A stretch of DNA of 37,595 nucleotides. It comes from Polymyxa betae A26-41 (Eukaryota > Protista > Endomyxa: Phytomyxea). Of the stretch, positions 32,440 to 37,595 are shown one piece after another (within the stretch, counting starts at the first letter, position 1; each line of letters opens with the position of its first letter). A program made the position numbers and the translations under genes. The notes under the pieces were generated by a model. It worked only from the letters and a program-made list of their open reading frames with translations. It was not told the DNA's origin and made no database searches. Location of the stretch: contig RBZT01000498.1 of assembly GCA_003693705.1 (NCBI GenBank), positions 1 through 37,595 of the forward strand, read 5' to 3'.

Positions 32440-34340
32440 TCATTGTGATCGCGCTAATGCTGGTGTTAGTGGGCGGTGGCGATGTTGAAAAAGATGGCAG
32501 TTCTCACTCTATCTGCTCCCAATTTCCCCAATTTTCGGGGGCGGCTTTGTTCCGTCTATCAATTATCTTTATTTGATTTCACTACTTCCAATTCTACCAA
32601 AACAGTCTTTTGGCATTTGCTCTTTCTTTGAATGTTTCTAAATATGCCGATGATATCACTATCTTTGTTATGCGATATCGAACGTCGCACAACCTACTCA
32701 GTAGTCTGCAGCGTCTGTTTTTACTGTTTAAAACAGTTTTCGGACATCGTGCGCTTGCTATAGGTGTGTTAAATAGGCTATTGATGACCATGGGGACGAA
32801 TGCGGTCGGTATTCTCTCTATTTATTAACTTTTCAGGGGCGGTCTGCCCAATTATATATTTGGAAATTATTCTGGCTTTATTTTATTGCTACAAATTTTC
32901 ACCTTTACTGAAACAGGGTAATCGCATTTACTCTTTGTTTAGATTATTATTCTAATTTTGCCGAAGCTATTACATTGAGATCGATTTTCACAGAACGTCA
33001 CCGAGTCTACTCAGTATCCTTTCAGCCTTCGTGTTTCCTGCTGCAAGTGCTGTCTGACATTGTGCTATTGCTAGGTGTGCTAAAAGGAGTGTCGGTGGCG
33101 ATGGGGACGACGATGGTCTGCATTCTCTCCTTTTCCTCTCTTTTCTTAAACTTCTCAGGGGCGCTCTGCCCATTTTGGAAATTCTTTTGCTATATTTCAA
33201 TGCTCTTCAAACATACAAGGTTTAAGGCAAGCTAGTTTGTATTCGTTCATCTATTTGTTCTACGATGTTTGCTGATGCTATCAGCCTATCAATCTTTATT
33301 GGGTTTTCTTCGAAAGGTCGCCGATTCGTTTCATTCTCTTTCAACATTTCTCTTCCTCTTGCAAAAGTTCGCTGACATCGTGTTGATGCTATAGATGTGT
33401 CAGTCAGGGTGGACAGCTGGCGATGATGATGAAGATGGTCCATTATATCTCTCTCTTTTTCAATTTTCGGGGGCGGCTCTGCCCAATTTTAAAACTTTCT
33501 TGCTTTATTTCAATGTTTATTATTTAATGTTTATAATATTCGAATCATAAATGTTTCTTTCTTTACTGGTTCCTTTAGTTTTACGGTTTTTGCCAGAGCT
33601 ATGATCACTCTTTTGGCTTTATGGGGTTTTCATCAAACGTCGCCGATTCATCTCATTTCTTTTTCAGCATTTCTTCTTTTTCTTTCAAAAGTTCGCCAGC
33701 ATCGTGCTGTTGCTATAGATGTGTCAATCGGTGTGGACGCTGGCGATGTTGATGAAGATGGTCGATTCTATCTCTCACTTCTCACTTTTTCGGGGGCGGC
33801 TCTGCCCAATTTTGAAATTTTCTTGCTGTATTTCAATGTTTATTATTTAATGTTTTAATATTCGAATCATAAATGTTTCTTTCGTTAATGGTTCCATCAG
33901 TTTTACGATTTTTGCCTATGCTAGGATCACTCTTTGGCCCTATGGGGTTTTCATCAAACGTCGCCGATTCATCTCATTTCTTTTTCAGCATTTCTTCTTT
34001 TTCTTTCAAAAGTTCGCTAACATCGTGCTGGTGCTATAGATGTGTCAATCGGTGTGGACGCTGGCGATGTTGATGAAGATGGTCGATTCTATCTCTCACT
34101 TCTCACTTTCTCGGGGGCGGCTCTGCCCAATTTTGAAATTTTCTTGCTTTATTTCAATGTTTATTATTTAGTGTTTACAATATTCGAATCATAAGTGCTT
34201 TTTTCGCAAATGGTTCCATCAGTTTTACGATTTTTGCCGAAGCTGTCACTATTTTGGCTATATTGGGTTTTCCTCGAACGTCGCCGATTCAAGTGATTTC
34301 TTCTTTCACTTTCGAAGGCTTGCTCATCGTGTTCGTGTGT
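32440..34340. repeat. Tandem array of about 6 copies of a ~300-323 bp unit
   Basis: Anchor GGGGCGGCTCTGCCCA or close variants at ~32537, 32836, 33158, 33469, 33792 and 34113. Confidence 0.9.
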
Positions 34341-34492
34341 TAATCGGGGTGGACGTCTTCGGTGGTAATGCAGATGTTGTATTATTTAGCTACTTAAATT
34401 TATTAATAAACGCTAATGGACACTTTCTAAACAACAATAAACTTCATTTTTATTTCCGACATCATAGCTGACTCTAAATTAACGATTACACA

Positions 34493-37117
34493 TCATTCTG
34501 ACTCTTCCAATCTTGACATTCTAATGGCGAAGTAGCCTTTAACTTTGTTTAACTTACCCAGCATGATATTATCAGGCTCAACTGAATCAATCGAGACCCA
34601 TCCCGACCAGATATTTTTTTCGGATGTTGGCATCTCTTCGATTAATGGCAGATTTGTTTCGATGTCAGTAGTGAAAGCAGCTCCTGGACCTTGTAGAGAC
34701 CTGTACCAGTCAACAAAAGCAAAATCGATGGGCTGATCACCATTATTCACCACCAGCTTTGTAAACCATTTTGCTGCTGCGAACCAATGCGAGAACTTGG
34801 ACGTGGCAGATTTCGCTATCTTGACTTGAAGCATATGGTTGCTTGTTTTAAGCCCTTTGCTTCTTTCGAAATCTCGCGACCTAAAAAGCTTACCTCCGTG
34901 AATATTTCTTTTCAGAAATACAAATTGACCTAAGACATGGCTGAATACAAAACGAAACAAGAGTGGTCGGAATCACCTTGCAACGCGTTAATCAACGATA
35001 AATCGAAGTTCTCGCATTTTAAGAACTGCATAAGCGCTGTGTGATGCTGCTGGAAGTAAGCAATAGGATGTTTTAACAAGCTGGCTTTCGAAGCCGGTTT
35101 GGGAAGTTTCTCATTAAACTTTTCGACTGCACTCTTGTACAGTGTGTCCTTTTGGAATAGTTCTTCATGCAATCGCCCTAAAGTATCAGTCAGACCTGAG
35201 CGTTTTCTAGTTGAATGTCTTGATTCACCAATCTGTAAATCAGCAATTTTCAAGCGAATCTGCTCTGATTCATTGACATCTGTAAATCCGTCTGCGACAA
35301 GATCTTCCGATTGTCCAAAGGTTCAGGCTCTCAATTGGCTGCTGGTGAAACGCTCGTGGTATTGATATCTATATTCAGGTCATAGTAAGATGGATGATTG
35401 CACATATCACACAAGATGTTACCGGAAACCAGTTATGACAACCTGTTCTGAGTAATTTCCCATGATGTTCACAGATTGCCCGCGCGAAGCATGATTCATA
35501 GACTTGATAGGTCTCATGAGTCGCTCAGACCAAAAGTTCCATGATCTTCCTACGAAAGGACCCAGATCTTTGGGAATATGGCCAACAACATGCAACATAT
35601 AGTGGACAGGTAAAGACATGCACATGGAAGGAAGCCGCTACATTTCAGATTTATACACCACTTTGAAAGTTTCGTCGGTATTACCTCTTCCAGAATAGTC
35701 AAGGCCTCAGTTATTTTTAGTTGAATTGTCTCTAATTGCGAGCGCTTCAGAGTTGTGCTCATACAACTCGATATCGCATCAAAGAATGAATACAAATCCT
35801 TTTGGAAGGGTTTGGCGTCCTTTGATTCCGAAATAAGCCCCTGGTGAGATATTTAAATAAACCATGCACCAATACGTGGTACTGTGGGTTCTTAATTAAC
35901 ATCGTGGACTTGATATAAGGATTGAAGAGCTCAGGGCATCCTCTGATCACGTGTCACAATACCAATTTAATAAACATAGAATCAAAACACCGTTCACCTT
36001 GGGGGGCTCTTAAACTCACCAATCGGTTTGAAATTTCAACACGACTTCCTTTTCTTAACGCCCATGGCAGCTCGGCGTGATGATCCCAAACGACTTCAAG
36101 ACGCCCCATTGACTTTTCACACTCACGAGCGTTTGTGCTGAATGCTAAACCAGAGCCGAGAGGCTCACAGTCCAAGACCTCGACTAACTTTTTCACTGCG
36201 TTCTGGTAAAATAATTACTTTAATGCAATGTAAAATAGCGTTGCTCTTCGAATTACCCCAAAGTGATGCATGAAGTCTTATTTAAACTGACGGCTAGGAT
36301 CCCATCCTGAACGTAATGTTTTCGTGAGCGAATCAATCAAGTAGAAACCAGATTTCTTATAAGGATGATTCTGGTCACTAGTCCTATCATAGAGCTTTAG
36401 AGCAGTTGACTTTGCACTCTTACTATTTTTCTTCATCCTCTTCTGCGCTCACACGTTGCTTTCATACTCTTCGGAAAGTTGTCCTAAAATGAAATTCAAA
36501 AAAACACTTTGTGAAAAGAATGAGACGACCTGCCGCTACAATATCTTGTTTTGAGAGTAGTTTTGGGGTTGGCAAAGACGATACGCATGGTGAGGGAGAG
36601 AGCTTCTTTCGTAATGGATGCTTGATTGGAAGAAATTTGGATGATCCCAGCCGAGTGGTTCTTCCGAAGATTCTCACTTCTTGAAGAGAGCAAATACACG
36701 CTCAATTGATGCTGGACGATCCGGCTTTTTTCGATGATTTAGCAAAAGCAGGAAGGTCAGCCATGCGGCTGATCAAAACTGTCTTCACCTGTGCATGTAA
36801 GAAAAGGCCAATTGCTCTAACGACTGATGAAAATATGTACGTACATTGATCACTGAGTTTGAGGATGAATCGAAAATATCCAGGCCGTGTTTGTTGATCA
36901 TGCTGAATTCATATGCAATTAACCCAAAAAAAGCCTGTGTCGAAAAGTATGACGATGAAGTCAACAGAATTGCAGAAGGTTTGCATCGCACATCAGCAGG
37001 CAATGTCAAATAAGAAAACATGTGCGGCCAAATCGAGATCAATGACGAATGTAGCAGATCTACGGGTTCAGATCTTCGTGATTTGGGGCTAAATGAATTC
37101 TGTATTCCAGCTCCCAT
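34493..37117 (-). pseudogene. CACTA/EnSpm transposase (multi-exon, degenerate)
   Basis: SIWP...LTLPADVRCK, MADLPAFAK, DFMHH, VHYMLHVVGHIPKDLGP...WNFWSERLMRPIK (DUF4218-like), and C-terminal FAFVDWY. Confidence 0.82.
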
Positions 37118-37118
37118 T

Positions 37119-37595
37119 TCCAGTCCGGTTATTCCGTCACGGAGTCCATTTGAGTCCGTGGCGGAGTCGTCCTGAATATAGGGCCGTTTCTATACATAAT
37201 AAAATAAGTCTTTTTCTGGAAATATTCTGCAAATATTGACACACTCCCCTCTTCGAAAAACTCGTCTGGCTCTTGCATCGTTCTTATACAGTACCAAAGT
37301 TTCACAGTTAGGGTTTAGGGTTTTAGGGTTTCGTCAATGTCTGTTTTCATTCATGTCTTCGATCATCTAGTCTTCAGCCTTCCGTCCTCTGGTCGTCTGT
37401 CTACTGTCATCAGTCATCTGTCTTCGATCTACAGTCATCGGTCTTCTGCCATCTGTTTTCGAGCTAGCCTTCATCATCTTTCTTCGTTCTCTATATAAAG
37501 AAATAATTTTTTTATAACAATTGGTCAATCTTCAATTTTTTCTGGACCTCATCTTTTTATCCATTCTTTACTTGTCTACATAAATAATCCGCATT
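37119..37595 (+). mobile_element. Terminus of an unclassified DNA transposon inserted in the CACTA transposase; runs off the window
   Basis: Same terminal signature as 1640-1668. It begins where the CACTA ORF breaks. TTAGGGTTTAGGGTTTTAGGGTTT at 37308-37331. Confidence 0.6.

Larger units (their letters stand above)
32213..37118 (-). mobile_element. CACTA/EnSpm (CMC)-type DNA transposon; 5' part displaced by the insertion at 37119
   Basis: The transposase listed below. A candidate terminus CACAG at 32213, with ATTTCTG subterminal repeats, coincides with the loss of MULE similarity. This boundary is inferred. Confidence 0.6.

Noticed and set aside
32316-34073. Hydrophobic membrane-protein-like ORFs on the + strand
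   Set aside because: They derive from the T-rich tandem repeat, and the frames are not conserved between units.
1640-37147. A single giant element bounded by the two TCCAG...GGAGTCC motifs
   Set aside because: The motifs face outward, so the element bodies extend away from the intervening DNA. They are separate insertions.
37308-37331. True telomere or chromosome end
   Set aside because: Only three repeat units, internal, followed by complex sequence.

Overview
This is eukaryotic DNA with short 44-57 bp GT-AG introns and TTTAGGG-type motifs. The transposon families suggest an oomycete or plasmodiophorid-type protist (inference only). The window is a nested transposon graveyard with no recognisable host gene. 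It holds two related Ty3/Gypsy LTR retrotransposons (one with a chromodomain), two Ty1/Copia fragments, a solo LTR, four hAT remnants, a non-autonomous Mutator-like element, a MULE transposase with an RS-rich N-terminus, two abutting PIF/Harbinger elements and a CACTA/EnSpm element. Two elements are unusual. (i) A piggyBac-ended element (11202-16420, TTAG duplication) has a transposase with a YqaJ/lambda-exonuclease-type PD-(D/E)xK domain and a SAP-like motif placed before the last catalytic motif, followed by an array of intron-like repeats. (ii) An IS630/Tc1-type element (8355-10689) carries a second, convergent gene of unknown function. Nearly all ORFs are broken by stops or frameshifts. 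All calls come from reading motifs by eye; no searches were run.
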